The notes under the pieces are model-generated. The model saw only the letters and a list, made by a program, of their open reading frames with translations. It had not been told where the DNA came from and did no database searches. Position numbers and translations under genes: made by a program. From assembly GCA_052426225.1 (NCBI GenBank), contig JBNJNM010000009.1:558001-622000 (forward strand): 64,000 nucleotides of DNA. The letters are read 5' to 3'. Origin of the DNA: Zancudomyces culisetae HAW-14-8 (lineage: Eukaryota > Fungi > Kickxellomycota). Of the stretch, positions 1 through 13,700 are shown piece by piece. The first letter of the stretch is position 1, and the number at the start of each line of letters is the position of its first letter.

Positions 1-54
1 GATACCACCCCTCTAGTAGAACCAGTTAGAATTCATAATAAATTGAATCTAACA
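1..54 (+). repeat. Probable 3' end of an LTR of an element lying upstream of the window (outer member of the tRNA-Ser(TGA) stack)
   Basis: Ends ...CTAACA like other LTR ends here and is followed by AATTC, the same sequence that precedes tRNA-Ser at 13839-13843. Confidence 0.55.
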
Positions 55-517
55 AATTCTGTTATATAGTGGCTAGAGCTACCTCTAGTCATTATATAAT
101 TTTAACTTACCAATTACATATTTATTTCTATATATTAATATTTAGGTTTATCAATTAATATAAGTTAATATTTATTATAGGTTATTTAGTATATTATGTG
201 TTGCCTAGTTTTTTTTAGCCTTCTGGATTTTTTCTACAGCAACATCCTAGATTATTATTAATAATTAGTATAGTTTTAAGTTTAAAATATATTTAGGTTT
301 TAAGTTTAATAGTTGTTTTAAAAAAGTATAAATATGATAGTTATTCAGATAGTTTAAACATCATCAAATAAACACGTAAAATACAAGTTTGGTCTATTTA
401 TTAAAGTTATAGTTAATATAGTGAAAACTTAACAACATTAGTACATAGTATAGTTTTTCTATCAAATAAATATATTTTTTACACAATAGCGAACTGGAAC
501 CTGGAATTCGCTAACAG

Positions 518-535
518 TGGCGTCAGCGACAGGAT
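518..535 (+). promoter_or_regulatory. Primer-binding site of family A, complementary to tRNA-Ser(TGA) 3' end
   Basis: TGGCGTCAGCGACAGGAT is the exact reverse complement of CCA plus the last 15 nt of the tRNA at 13846-13927. Confidence 0.95.
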
Positions 536-570
536 ATCGGAAGTATCCTGATATTTTAGTAACTGAATTA

Positions 571-3500
571 ATGTACAAAATGAATACTCCTACTGTATTT
601 GTTGCAAGTAATGGTTTAGAGCCAGATGAGTGGTTGGAAGAGTTCTGCCTTATGGCTAAGTTAAATAAATGGGATTCAGAGGACTATACCGATCTGGTCA
701 AGCTATACTTGGGCAACAACGAAAAGATGTGGTATAAAAAGAATAAATCATCTTTTACAAGTTGGGAAAGTTTTGCTACATTATTTAAGAAGAAATTTAA
801 ACAAGTAAAACCAAAATCGCAAATCTGGGAACGCCTCCGTTCAATTAAACAAATTGATTTCGATACTATTAAAGAATTCGAACTTGAATTAGTAGCTTTG
901 TTTCAAAGTGCCGAGATATCGGATGAGAAGATCCGTACTGACTGGCTTATTAGTACACTTAAACCAGAGCACAAGAAGATTGTAGAGGAAGAGCAACTGA
1001 GTGAGTGGGATAAATTAATAACAAGGGTGATAACAGAGGAACAATCGTTGCGCACAAACCAAAGGAGAAGCAAGCTATCAGAAGTGGATCCTAAGCAAAA
1101 GGAATACAATCGCAATGCAGCGAGCAAGTCTGGAAAAAACGTTAAAGACTTAGTAAAGGACCAGAAACCTTATGGTCAATTTTTGAAGAAGTTTGATGAG
1201 ATGAGTGTGAATTTGTTAAATAAAGTCGAGGAGGTTGTAGACAAAAAGTTAAAAGAAGCAGAAATAATCAAACAACGTAGTTTCGGACCAAGAAAATTGA
1301 TATGTTATAACTGTCAACAGGAGGGGCATACAAGAAATGATTGTCCCCAGTTAGTCAAAAAACCTAAACCATACGTTCAACCTGAAGATGTGGCTAAGAC
1401 AATTAACTATATTCAAATTTCAGATGATGTAGAACCAATTCAACAAGATATATTTTCCGTCGAAAAGCGTAAATCCACCACTGAACAGGATAACGATGCA
1501 CCTAGAAGAGTTGGAAGACCTCGATTACAAGAACAAGCACAAGTTCGCAATACCAGGGTTGAAAATCAACAAGGTAGTTTAGGGGCAGAAAATATTCAGG
1601 CAACGGTTGGTAGAACGGTAAAAGAGTACGCTAAACCATTTTCGCTGATCGAGGAGCTAGAGAAGATGTCTCTTAAGGTGAATGTATTGCAGCTTTTGGA
1701 CTGTTCGACTACAATGTCTAAAGAATTAATCGAGTATATTAATAAACAAAAATTACCTGAGGTTAACGAACTAGATGTTGAAGAAAAAAGGTTATCAAAC
1801 TGTAAAGCACTAGTTAAGGTGTTTGGGCAGAACCTCTGGGCAGTTGTGGATACTGGCGCAGCATGTTCTGTGGTTTCCTCAAGTTTAATAGAGGAATGGG
1901 ACCTAGAACTAGATACATATAATAAACAAACTATAGTTACTGCAGACGGAAAACGTCATACCACGTTGGGTAAGGTGACTGACATACCATTAAAAATATC
2001 ATCTTTTGTATTTCCAGTAAACCTGTGGGTTATGGAGCGTAAGGAAGATATCTTGATTCTAGGCACAGACTGGTTGCTGGAACATAGAGTTTCGCTTAAC
2101 CTGCGTATCCCAGAACTTCGTTTACCTATTGAAAATGCGGAAATTACAACTAAGTTAGCAATGTTCACAAATAAAAGTGTGTTAAGAGAAGAACAAGAGA
2201 TATATTTATTGTGTAAAGAAGAAACAGTTGGTAAAAATTATAATGAAACTATGGTGTTCAAAAAAGTTATGGAAGAATTCGCTGACATTTTTGTGGATGA
2301 TATTTCTCAATTAACTCAAACAAATGTTATGGAACACAAGATTGATTTAATTGAAGAAAAACCAATAAAGTTACGGCCATATCGAATGCCGCAGAAAACT
2401 CAAGAAGCCGTTAGGCAAGAGTTAAAAGAGATGGAGAAGAGGGGAGTTATTTCACCTTGCATTTCAGAGTGGTGTGCTCCGGTAGTCGTCGTGCACAAGA
2501 AAAACGGCCAGTTAAGGATCTGTGCCGACTATCGTAAACTGAACGCTGTAACCAAAAAAGATTCCTATCCCTTACCCTTAATTGACGATCTGTTTATGTC
2601 TTTATCTGGATCAACTGTGTTTACTTCGCTTGATGCCCTCAGTGGCTTCTGGTAAATTAAAATGTATGAAAACGACAAATGCAAAACTGCCTTTTCAATT
2701 CCAGGCGGAGGTAGCTATCAATATAATGTAATGCCTTTTGGGCTTATAAATAGTCCTGCTACATTTCAACGAGCAACGGAGATTGTTTTAAAGGATGTTT
2801 TATGGAAAAAGGCAGTGGTGTTCGTGGACGACATTATAATTTATTCAAAAGATATCAAACAGCACATAACTGATTTAAGAGAAGTATTTTTATTGTTAAG
2901 AACAAATGGGATACAGTTACATAAACAAAAATGCGTAATAGGTCAAAGAGAGTTAGAGTATCTTGGACACACTATTTCTGAAAAAGGAGTCGGTACTAGC
3001 CCTTCAAAGATTGAGACAATAAAAAAGATACAGCCGCCAACTTGTGTCAAAGAATTACAATCTATATTAGGATTAACAGGATATTATAGAAGGTACATTG
3101 AAGGATATTCAAAAATTACATCACCTTTAAATAAACTCTTACGCAAGGAGACCAAATGGTGTTGGGAATCGATTCATGACGATGCAATAAATATATTAAA
3201 ATAAAAATTGATAACTGCTCCGATACTAGGATTCCCTATTTGGACTGAAGAATTTGTGCTAACTACAGACGCCTCAGTGACTGGAGTAGGCGCTGTACTT
3301 TCACAAGTTGTTAACGGTGAAGAGAGAGTTATTGAATTTGCTAGTCGTACTACCAACAAAGCAGAACAAAACTATTCTATATGTCATCTAGAAGCGTTAG
3401 CAGTTATTTGGAGTGTTAAAAAGTTTAAATATTATCTATGGGGACGATTTAAAATACGCACTGATCATAAATCTTTGTTACAAATATTCAATGGATCCGA

Positions 3501-4957
3501 GCTTACAGGTAGAATTGCCCGTTGGGCAATGATACTTAGAAGCTATGACTACTATATTGAACACTTACCCGGTAAACACAATCCTGCTGATGCCTTGTCT
3601 CGAAATATATTAAATGAAGATCATCCTAAAGCAAATATTGAATTGGATATTTATTCTATGGATATATTAGAATATGTGGATACAGTACAATATCTTACAT
3701 CTATGCAATATCCTACTGGTGGTAATGACAAAATGAGAGAAAAAATTCGCAATAGAGCACGTCGATATTATTTAAAAGATGGGAAGTTATTTAAAAAGGT
3801 AAATAAGATATTTAAAGAGGTTTTGCACGAAAGGAATTTTAAAGAAATTATAACTAATATACACAACGAGGGACATGAAGGTATTGAAAATACGTGGCGT
3901 AGGGTAACCAGTAAATATACAGGAAAAAATTTGTATAAGGATGTTTTAGGGATTGTCAAATCATGTCACATTTGTCAAATTCATAAAGACGGCAAAACAA
4001 AGAAAAATTATCTGGTGCCTATTATTACTTCAAAACCATTTGAAATTTTTGGTATTGATGCAATTGGACCGATTTCACCAATATCGGGAAATGGAAATCG
4101 CTACATTTTAACAGCCGTTGACTATTTTACAAAATGGCCAATCGCCGTGCCTGTTACAAATTTATTGAGTGAAACAATAATAAATTTTATAGTTAACGAA
4201 ATTGTTGCAAATTATGGCGTTCCACAACAAATAATAAGCGACCGCGGTTCAAGTTTTGTTTCAGATAGTACAACAAATGTTTTCGAGTGGTTGGGATTAA
4301 ACCATAGACCTACAACTTCTTATAGGCCACAAAGTAACGGCCAGGTAGTACGATATAACAGAACTTTAATTAATATACTTATTAAACAATGCAAATACGA
4401 TAAAGCAAATTGGGATTCTTATATTTGGAAAACATTGTTAGTGGTAAGGTCATTAAAAAATAAATCGACAGGTTATACGCCTTCTGAGTTGTTATATGGA
4501 GTAAATATTTGTTTACCTTCTACTTGGACTTATAACGGTGAGATTGAAGATGTAGAAGAAAATATTAGTAGTAGAATTAATAGCTTTAAAATAGATTTGC
4601 CTGAGTTAAGAAATCTTGCATTACGAAATTCGATAAAAGCGAATAATATTATGGAAAAACGATACAACGAAGATGTTAGACATTAAATTTCGAATTGGAG
4701 ATACAGTATTGAAGCGAGTCGAAATGGAAAGAAGCAAATTCGAAAGTTATTGGGAAGGCCCCTATACGGTTCAAAGAGTATTCTCAAAAGGAGCTTATAT
4801 TATTAACGATCATCAAGGTAACCGAGAAATAGTAAACGGTGACATGTTAAAAATGTACTTCACAAATAAGAACATGATACCCGAAGTAACAACTACGCTT
4901 AAATCAAAACTAAAAAGGTTTAAAAATAGAGAACGGGATGAGGGCATCCACGCTTAA
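571..4957 (+). pseudogene. Family A single-frame gag-pol, disrupted by stops at 2653-2655 and 3202-3204 and a frameshift near 4680
   Basis: CYNCQQEGHTRNDC zinc knuckle, VDTGA protease, FVDD RT, TDAS RNase H, HHCC/DDE integrase, GPY motif. Confidence 0.93.
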
Positions 4958-5428
4958 GGGAGGAGGTTCTGTTATATAGTGGCTAGAGCTACCTCTAGTC
5001 ATTATATAATTTTAACTTACCAATTACATATTTATTTCTATATATTAATATTTAGGTTTATCAATTAATATAAGTTAATATTTATTATAGGTTATTTAGT
5101 ATATTATGTGTTGCCTAGTTTTTTTTAGCCTTCTGGATTTTTTCTACAGCAACATCCTAGATTATTATTAATAATTAGTATAGTTTTAAGTTTAAAATAT
5201 ATTTAGGTTTTAAGTTTAATAGTTGTTTTAAAAAAGTATAAATATGATAGTTATTCAGATAGTTTAAACATCATCAAATAAACACGTAAAATACAAGTTT
5301 GGTCTATTTATTAAAGTTATAGTTAATATAGTGAAAACTTAACAACATTAGTACATAGTATAGTTTTTCTATCAAATAAATATATTTTTTACACAATAGG
5401 GAACTAGAACCTGGAATTAGCTAAGAAT

Positions 5429-8400
5429 TGTTGCATAATTAATTATATATTATAAAAAATACGAATTGACAAAGTCAATTCTGATAAATTACTATATTAA
5501 AATTAGTGGAAAAATTGGACTCTTTTTTCCCTAACAATTTGGGTTTTTTTAATGAGCCAAGAAATTACAAAACAAAAATTGATAACACAAAAAAATTGAG
5601 ATAACAAAATAGATGGAAAAAAAATAGTTTATATATAAATTTTATTTATAGTTTGGAAGAATAACTTTTAGGATAACAACTTTTTAGCAATAAAAAATAA
5701 AGAATAATAACCAAAATAATAAGCAAGTCTTAATAGTTAGTTAGAGTTTCGAACAAAACAAGTAGATAATTAACTTTTCTATTAAATTTTAAACCAACTA
5801 AATACGAATAACTACGACTACTAGCAGAAAAGGGTCGAAAGTTAACAGTGGTGATCCAGCCAGGACTTGGAGTCCGTTTTATAGCTAAAATATTAAATAA
5901 ACACCTTTAAATCAAACATGACACTAGTTGAAAAGTTTAACTCAGAAATTGACAACCCAGAAGATTGGATTGATTCGTACAGTTTGAGTGCCAGACTCAG
6001 AAATTGGTCTGACGAAGATCTAATAAAATATTTACCTGCACATCTAGGTAACCGTGAAAAGATTTGGTATATTAGGCAAAAGAGTACATTCACCGATTGG
6101 AATTCTGTCGATTCTTCATTCAATAAAAAGTTCATAAATAAAATCAAAGCTCATCAGTCAATCGAGACACTAAAAAGCATTTGTCAGTCAGGTTACAATT
6201 CTGTTGACGAATTTGAGTATGCTTTAGAAATAGCTCTACAAAAATCTGGTATAACAGATGACAAACATAAGGTCAATTGGTTAATCAGTGCATTGAGTCC
6301 AAAATATAAAGCAAGAGTCCTAGAATCAAATTATCAAGAGTGGGATACTATCATAAATGCCATAAATCTGGATATAGATACCCCTAGTTACAATTCTACA
6401 GACATCGCAGAGACAAATTCATCTACATCAAAATCTTACAGACTAACCGGACCTGGCAAACCAATAAAAGAAATGACTGATCAAAAGATTGGTTATGATG
6501 AGATGATATCCAAGATGGAAGAATGGAGTATAAACTTACTTTCAAAAGTCGAAGAGGTTGTTGAAAAGAAAATTGACATTGCTATAAGTAAAAGTATGCA
6601 ACAGCGTTATCAAAGGCCACCGTACTGTTCTATCTGTAGAACAACAGGACACTATAAGAGTCAGTGTACAAAGATTGGAACTACCAAAACAGATGAGGTA
6701 CAAAGTAAAAAAGAAATCAGCACTATTGAGTTACTACCAGTCGATGACACGGATATTGACACTGATGACACGCCAGATAATGATGTTTACTTAGTGCAAA
6801 GGCAAAAAGCTAAATCAAATATCAGTAAGCCATATATAAGTGATAATAAACCAGTTAGAAAGATGAAACCTGTTATTATAAAACCTGAGGCAACTATAAC
6901 AGATAATGTTGTGGACATGGATATGGAAGTTACACCTGAAGTCACTATAGTGAATAAAAAACAGAAAACCATCCAGCGCATTATCGAAAACGTCGAGCCA
7001 TTCAATCTACAATCTGAATTTAACCAGTTTTATCCAAAGATTAGTCTACCTCAGTTAATAGCCGTTTCTCCTACCATAGCAACAGAGTTTAATAGTCTTT
7101 CTAAAAAAATAAAAAAAACAAGAAGTAAATGAAATCAGGATATTACCACAAAAAATCAGCAACTGCCGGGTCATGGTCACGGTATTCAACAAAAACTATT
7201 GGGCTGTTGTTGACTCTGGAGCCGCTTGTTCTGTAACTACACCAAGCATGGTTGAGCAGTGGGGCATAGAACCAGAGGGTTGGCACAGACAAGTGTTGGT
7301 AACAGCTGATGGAACAAAACATCTCACTGAAGGTGTTATGAACAAAGTACCTATAACTATAGGAAATCACTTACTAGAAGCAGAGCTCATAGTTATGAAT
7401 CGCAAAGGAAGTACTTTAATTCTCGGCACAGATTGGTTGTATAGGCACCACGGGATTATAGATCCAAGAAGCAGAGAACTAAAGATACACACACATTCAG
7501 AAATATTAGTTATACCAATGAAAATACTTGCAGAAGATACGACTTACTGGCCACAAGAAACTGAGCTATATTTTATGGTGAAGAGTGAAAATGGTGTTGA
7601 AAGTGATAACAAGCAAATCGAGAATGAAAGGTTTATCAAACTACGAGAGCAATATGCTGATATCTTTGTTGAAGACATAGGGGAGCTTACCCAAACTAAT
7701 CTCACAGAGCATAGTATTGAACTAACAGATCATACACCGATCAAGCAGCGCCCATACAGAATTCCCTATCATATGCAAGAAAAGGTTAGAAATGAGTTAA
7801 TTGAAATGGAGAATAAAGGAATAATTTCACCGTGTTATTCAGAGTGGTGTTCGCCAGTCGTAACAGTTTATAAAAAGAATGGCAGGTTAAGGATATGTGC
7901 AGATTATAGGAAGCTGAACCAGGTAACCAAAAAGGATTGTTATCCGTTACCTACTATAGATGATATATTTATGTCGCTTGCCGGAAGCAAAATATTTACC
8001 AGCTTAGACGCGCTATCTGGGTTTTGGCAAATAAGAATGGCAGCCAAAGACAGATTAAAAACCGCGTTTGCAATCCCTGGAGGCGGTAGCTACTGCTACA
8101 ATGTCATGCCGTTTGGGCTGACAAACAGCCCGGCCTCTTTTCAACGACTTATGGAGAAAGCCCTTTCGCCAGTACTTTGGAAGATCGCAGTCGTTTTTAT
8201 TGACGACATTATTATTTACTCTCAGTCAGTTGAGCAGCATGTGGAGGATTTAAAAAAGGTATTTGAGCTACTTAGACAACATAAAATTCAACTGCATAGT
8301 GATAAGTGTTTATTAGGAATGAATAAATTGTGTTACTTGGGACATACCGTGTCTTCTGAGGGAATTGGTACTACAAATGATAAAATAAAAGCAATTACAG

Positions 8401-10746
8401 AAGCAAAGGTACCTAATAACGTCAAGGAACTACAATCTTTTCTCGGTCTAGTCGGGTATTATCGCAAATTCGTGGACCGTTATGCATTGATTTCCGCGCC
8501 TTTAGTCAAACTACTTAGGAAAGAAAACACTTGGAAATGGTCTATTGAACAAGAAAATGCAGTTAATTTATTAAAACAAAGCCTTTGTACCGCACCCACA
8601 TTAGCTCATCCAAATTGGGATTCAGAGTTTATACTTACCACTGACGCTTCAATTGAAGGCGTTGGTGCTATACTTTCACAATCTTCGGAACTTGGCGAGA
8701 GACCTATTTGTTTTGCTAGTAAAACCACAAACAAGCATGAGAGAAATTACTCTATTACCCATCTCGAGGGTTTAGCTGTAATTTGGGGCGTAAAAAAATT
8801 CAAACATTACCTGTGGGGACGCCATTTCACTATACGTACGGACCATAAAGCTTTACTGAATTTGTTCAATGGAAAAGATATAGCCGGAAGAGTAGCCAGG
8901 TGGGCTATGATTCTTCGAAATTATGACTATACAATTGTCCATTGCAAAGGAAAGTCAAACCCCGCTGATGCCCTATCAAGATTAGAACCTACTACATCGG
9001 TTGAGGAAGTTATAGATGTATTTTCTGTAACAAAAATATCTAACGAAACTATTTTAGAATATTTACTAAATAATAGGTACCCAGAGCAAAGCGACGAAGT
9101 GTCAAAGAAAAAGATTAATTATTTATCTAAAAAATTCAAGCTTATCAACAACAAATTATTCAAATTATGTAAGGAAGTTTGGAAGGAAGTTTTATTAAGA
9201 AATAACATAACTGAAAAGGTTAAAGAGATTCATGACGAGTCTCATCAAGGAATCGAGAATACGTGGAGGAGAATCGCAGAGAAGTATACAGGAAACGATT
9301 TATTTAAAACTGTTAAAAAAGTAGTAAAAGAATGTCTAGTATGTCAGAGATATATTGGAAATCGCAATAGGAACAACGAGCTTCAGCCGATATACGTCCA
9401 CAAACCTTTTGGCATCTTTGGACTAGATGCAGTTGGCCCTATTAGTCCAGTATCTGCTCAAGGAAACCGTTACATTCTCACGGGCATTGACTATTTTACG
9501 CGCTGGCCTGTAGCTGAGGCCGTAGAAAATATAAAATCGGATACTATAATTAACTTTATAATAACTCACATAGTTCAGTACTACGGTACCCCCGATCAAA
9601 TAATCACTGATAGAGGCTCGGGTTTTATCAGCGAAGCAGCAGACACAGTTTATAAGTACCTCGGAATTAAACATACACCATCCACACCGTATCGCCCGCA
9701 GTCAAATGGTCAGGTCGAGCGCCTGAACCAAACCCTAAAAAATACGTTAGCAAGACAATGCAAAGCAGACAAAAACAATTGGGACTCTTACTTATGGAAG
9801 TCGCTACTGGTTATCAGGACAATGAGAAACAGAAGCACAGGCATGAGCCCGGCCGAACTACTATACGGAGTAAAGTTAAGTACGCCTGCGTTATGGTCTC
9901 CGCCGGCCGAAATCAGCGATTTAGATCTCGCCATCCAGGAAAGAATTGCAGCCATAAACACCAGTATACCCGAACTACGAAGCATAGGCTATCAAAAAAG
10001 TGTCAAAGCAAAGCAAAATATGAAGTTAATATATGACCGAAGAGTAAGATTAGTAAATTTCAAAGTTGACGAAATGGTCTTAAAACTGATTGAACACGTT
10101 ACCGACAAGTTTCAGGAGGTATGGGAAGGTCCATACCGAGTGTTGAAAAAACTAAATTTAGGTGCTTACCTGATCGCAGATTCGGATGGAAATCGTGACA
10201 TTGTGAATGGCGATTCACTGAAAAGTTTTTTCCATAGTAATCGAATGGTTCCTGAAGTTACTACACAGCTTAGATCGAAGTTGCAGCGTTTTAAAAACCC
10301 TGTACGTCCAATTTGGGATGGGGGTTCTGTTGCATAATTAATTATATATTATAAAAAATACGAATTGACAAAGTCAATTCTGATAAATTACTATATTAAA
10401 ATTAGTGGAAAAATTGGACTCTTTTTTCCCTAACAATTTGGGTTTTTTTAATGAGCCAAGAAATTACAAAACAAAAATTGATAACACAAAAAAATTGAGA
10501 TAACAAAATAGATGGAAAAAAAATAGTTTATATATAAATTTTATTTATAGTTTGGAAGAATAACTTTTAGGATAACAACTTTTTAGCAATAAAAAATAAA
10601 GAATAATAACCAAAATAATAAGCAAGTCTTAATAGTTAGTTAGAGTTTCGAACAAAACAAGTAGATAATTAACTTTTCTATTAAATTTTAAACCAACTAA
10701 ATACGAATAACTACGACTACTAGCAGAAAAGGGTCGAAAGTTAACA
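5429..10746 (+). mobile_element. Ty3/Gypsy LTR retrotransposon, family B copy 1, full length and young (419-bp LTRs 5429-5847 and 10328-10746)
   Basis: Apparently identical LTRs TGTTGCA...TTAACA; PBS TGGTGATCCAGCCAGGAC 5849-5866 (resembles a tRNA-Arg 3' end, unconfirmed); PPT near 10314-10324; TSD GAAT at 5425-5428 and 10747-10750. Confidence 0.97.
5918..10337 (+). CDS. Family B gag-pol polyprotein, split only by one extra A in the A-run near 7111-7118
   Basis: CSICRTTGHYKSQC knuckle, VDSGA, FIDD, TDAS, HHCC-DDE; copy 2 has one fewer A and is continuous here. Confidence 0.9.
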
Positions 10747-10751
10747 GAATT

Positions 10752-13700
10752 TGTTGCATAATTAATTATATATTATAAAAAATACGAATTGACAAAGTCA
10801 ATTCTGATAAATTACTATATTAAAATTAGTGGAAAAATTGGACTCTTTTTTCCCTAACAATTTGGGTTTTTTTAATGAGCCAAGAAATTACAAAACAAAA
10901 ATTGATAACACAAAAAAATTGAGATAACAAAATAGATGGAAAAAAAATAGTTTATATATAAATTTTATTTATAGTTTGGAAGAATAACTTTGAGGATAAC
11001 AACTTTTTAGCAATAAAAAATAAAGAATAATAACCAAAATAATAAGCAAGTCTTAATAGTTAGTTAGAGTTTCGAACAAAACAAGTAGATAATTAACTTT
11101 TCTATTAAATTTTAAACCAACTAAATACGAATAACTACGACTACTAGCAGAAAAGGGTCGAAAGTTAACAGTGGTGATCCAGCCAGGACTTGGAGTCCGT
11201 TTTATAGCTAAAATATTAAATAAACACCTTTAAATCAAACATGACACTAGTTGAAAAGTTTAACTCAGAAATTGACAACCCAGAAGATTGGATTGATTCG
11301 TACAGTTTGAGTGCCAGACTCAGAAATTGGTCTGACGAAGATCTAATAAAATATTTACCTGCACATCTAGGTAACCGTGAAAAGATTTGGTATATTAGGC
11401 AAAAGAGTACATTCACCGATTGGAATTCTGTCGTTTCTTCATTCAATAAAAAGTTCATAAATAAAATCAAAGCTCATCAGTCAATCGAGACACTAAAAAG
11501 CATTTGTCAGTCAGGTTACAATTCTGTTGACGAATTTGAGTATGCTTTAGAAATAGCTCTACAAAAATCTGGTATAACAGATGACAAACATAAGGTCAAT
11601 TGGTTAATCAGTGCATTGAGTCCAAAATATAAAGCAAGAGTCCTAGAATCAAATTATCAAGAGTGGGATACTATCATAAATGCCATAAATCTGGATATAG
11701 ATACCCCTAGTTACAATTCTACAGACATCGCAGAGACAAATTCATCTACATCAAAATCTTACAGACTAACCGGACCTGGCAAACCAATAAAAGAAATGAC
11801 TGATCAAAAGATTGGTTATGATGAGATGATATCCAAGATGGAAGAATGGAGTATAAACTTACTTTCAAAAGTCGAAGAGGTTGTTGAAAAGAAAATTGAC
11901 ATTGCTATAAGTAAAAGTATGCAACAGCGTTATCAAAGGCCACCGTACTGTTCTATCTGTAGAACAACAGGACACTACAAGAGTCAGTGTACAAAGATTG
12001 GAACTACCAAAACAGATGAGGTACAAAGTAAAAAAGAAATCAGCACTATTGAGTTACTACCAGTCGATGACACGGATATTGACACTGATGACACGCCAGA
12101 TAATGATGTTTACTTAGTGCAAAGGCAAAAAGCTAAATCAAATATCAGTAAGCCATATATAAGTGATAATAAACCAGTTAGAAAGATGAAACCTGTTATT
12201 ATAAAACCTGAGGCAACTATAACAGATAATGTTGTGGACATGGATATGGAAGTTACACCTGAAGTCACTATAGTGAATAAAAAACAGAAAACCATCCAGC
12301 GCATTATCGAAAACGTCGAGCCATTCAATCTACAATCTGAATTTAACCAGTTTTATCCAAAGATTAGTCTACCTCAGTTAATAGCCGTTTCTCCTACCAT
12401 AGCAACAGAGTTTAATAGTCTTTCTAAAAAAATAAAAAAACAAGAAGTAAATGAAATCAGGATATTACCACAAAAAATCAGCAACTGCCGGGTCATGGTC
12501 ACGGTATTCAACAAAAACTATTGGGCTGTTGTTGACTCTGGAGCCGCTTGTTCTGTAACTACACCAAGCATGGTTGAGCAGTGGGGCATAGAACCAGAGG
12601 GTTGGCACAGACAAGTGTTGGTAACAGCTGATGGAACAAAACATCTCACTGAAGGTGTTATGAACAAAGTACCTATAACTATAGGAAATCACTTACTAGA
12701 AGCAGAGCTCATAGTTATGAATCGCAAAGGAAGTACTTTAATTCTCGGCACAGATTGGTTGTATAGGCACCACGGGATTATAGATCCAAGAAGCAGAGAA
12801 CTAAAGATACACACACATTCAGAAATATTAGTTATACCAATGAAAATACTTGCAGAAGATACGACTTACTGGCCACAAGAAACTGAGCTATATTTTATGG
12901 TGAAGAGTGAAAATGGTGTTGAAAGTGATAACAAGCAAATCGAGAATGAAAGGTTTATCAAACTACGAGAGCAATATGCTGATATCTTTGTTGAAGACAT
13001 AGGGGAGCTTACCCAAACTAATCTCACAGAGCATAGTATTGAACTAACAGATCATACACCGATCAAGCAGCGCCCATACAGAATTCCCTATCATATGCAA
13101 GAAAAGGTTAGAAATGAGTTAATTGAAATGGAGAATAAAGGAATAATTTCACCGTGTTATTCAGAGTGGTGTTCGCCAGTCGTAACAGTTTATAAAAAGA
13201 ATGGCAGGTTAAGGATATGTGCAGATTATAGGAAGCTGAACCAGGTAACCAAAAAGGATTGTTATCCGTTACCTACTATAGATGATATATTTATGTCGCT
13301 TGCCGGAAGCAAAATATTTACCAGCTTAGACGCGCTATCTGGGTTTTGGCAAATAAGAATGGCAGCCAAAGACAGATTAAAAACCGCGTTTGCAATCCCT
13401 GGAGGCGGTAGCTACTGCTACAATGTCATGCCGTTTGGGCTGACAAACAGCCCGGCCTCTTTTCAACGACTTATGGAGAAAGCCCTTTCGCCAGTACTTT
13501 GGAAGATCGCAGTCGTTTTTATTGACGACATTATTATTTACTCTCAGTCAGTTGAGCAGCATGTGGAGGATTTAAAAAAGGTATTTGAGCTACTTAGACA
13601 ACATAAAATTCAACTGCATAGTGATAAGTGTTTATTAGGAATGAATAAATTGTGTTACTTGGGACATACCGTGTCTTCTGAGGGAATTGGTACTACAAAT

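Larger units (their letters stand above)
60..5426 (+). mobile_element. Ty3/Gypsy LTR retrotransposon, family A, full length (457-bp LTRs 60-516 and 4970-5426)
   Basis: Direct-repeat LTRs TGTTATATAG...CTAACA; PBS 518-535; PPT AAGGGAGGAGG 4956-4966; gag-PR-RT-RH-IN order; 4-bp TSD ATTC (56-59; right copy split by later insertions). Confidence 0.97.

Noticed and set aside
517-570. ORF track start of the 712-aa ORF at GTG 517
   Set aside because: It lies in the PBS; the first ATG is at 571
2812-2838. FVDD/FIDD instead of YxDD in RT of the tRNA-targeting clade
   Set aside because: F at this position occurs in other Ty3/Gypsy RTs; a clade marker rather than a novelty
7100-7135. Possible programmed frameshift between gag and pol in B1
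   Set aside because: The near-identical B2 is in frame here and families A and I are single-frame; it is a one-base homopolymer indel
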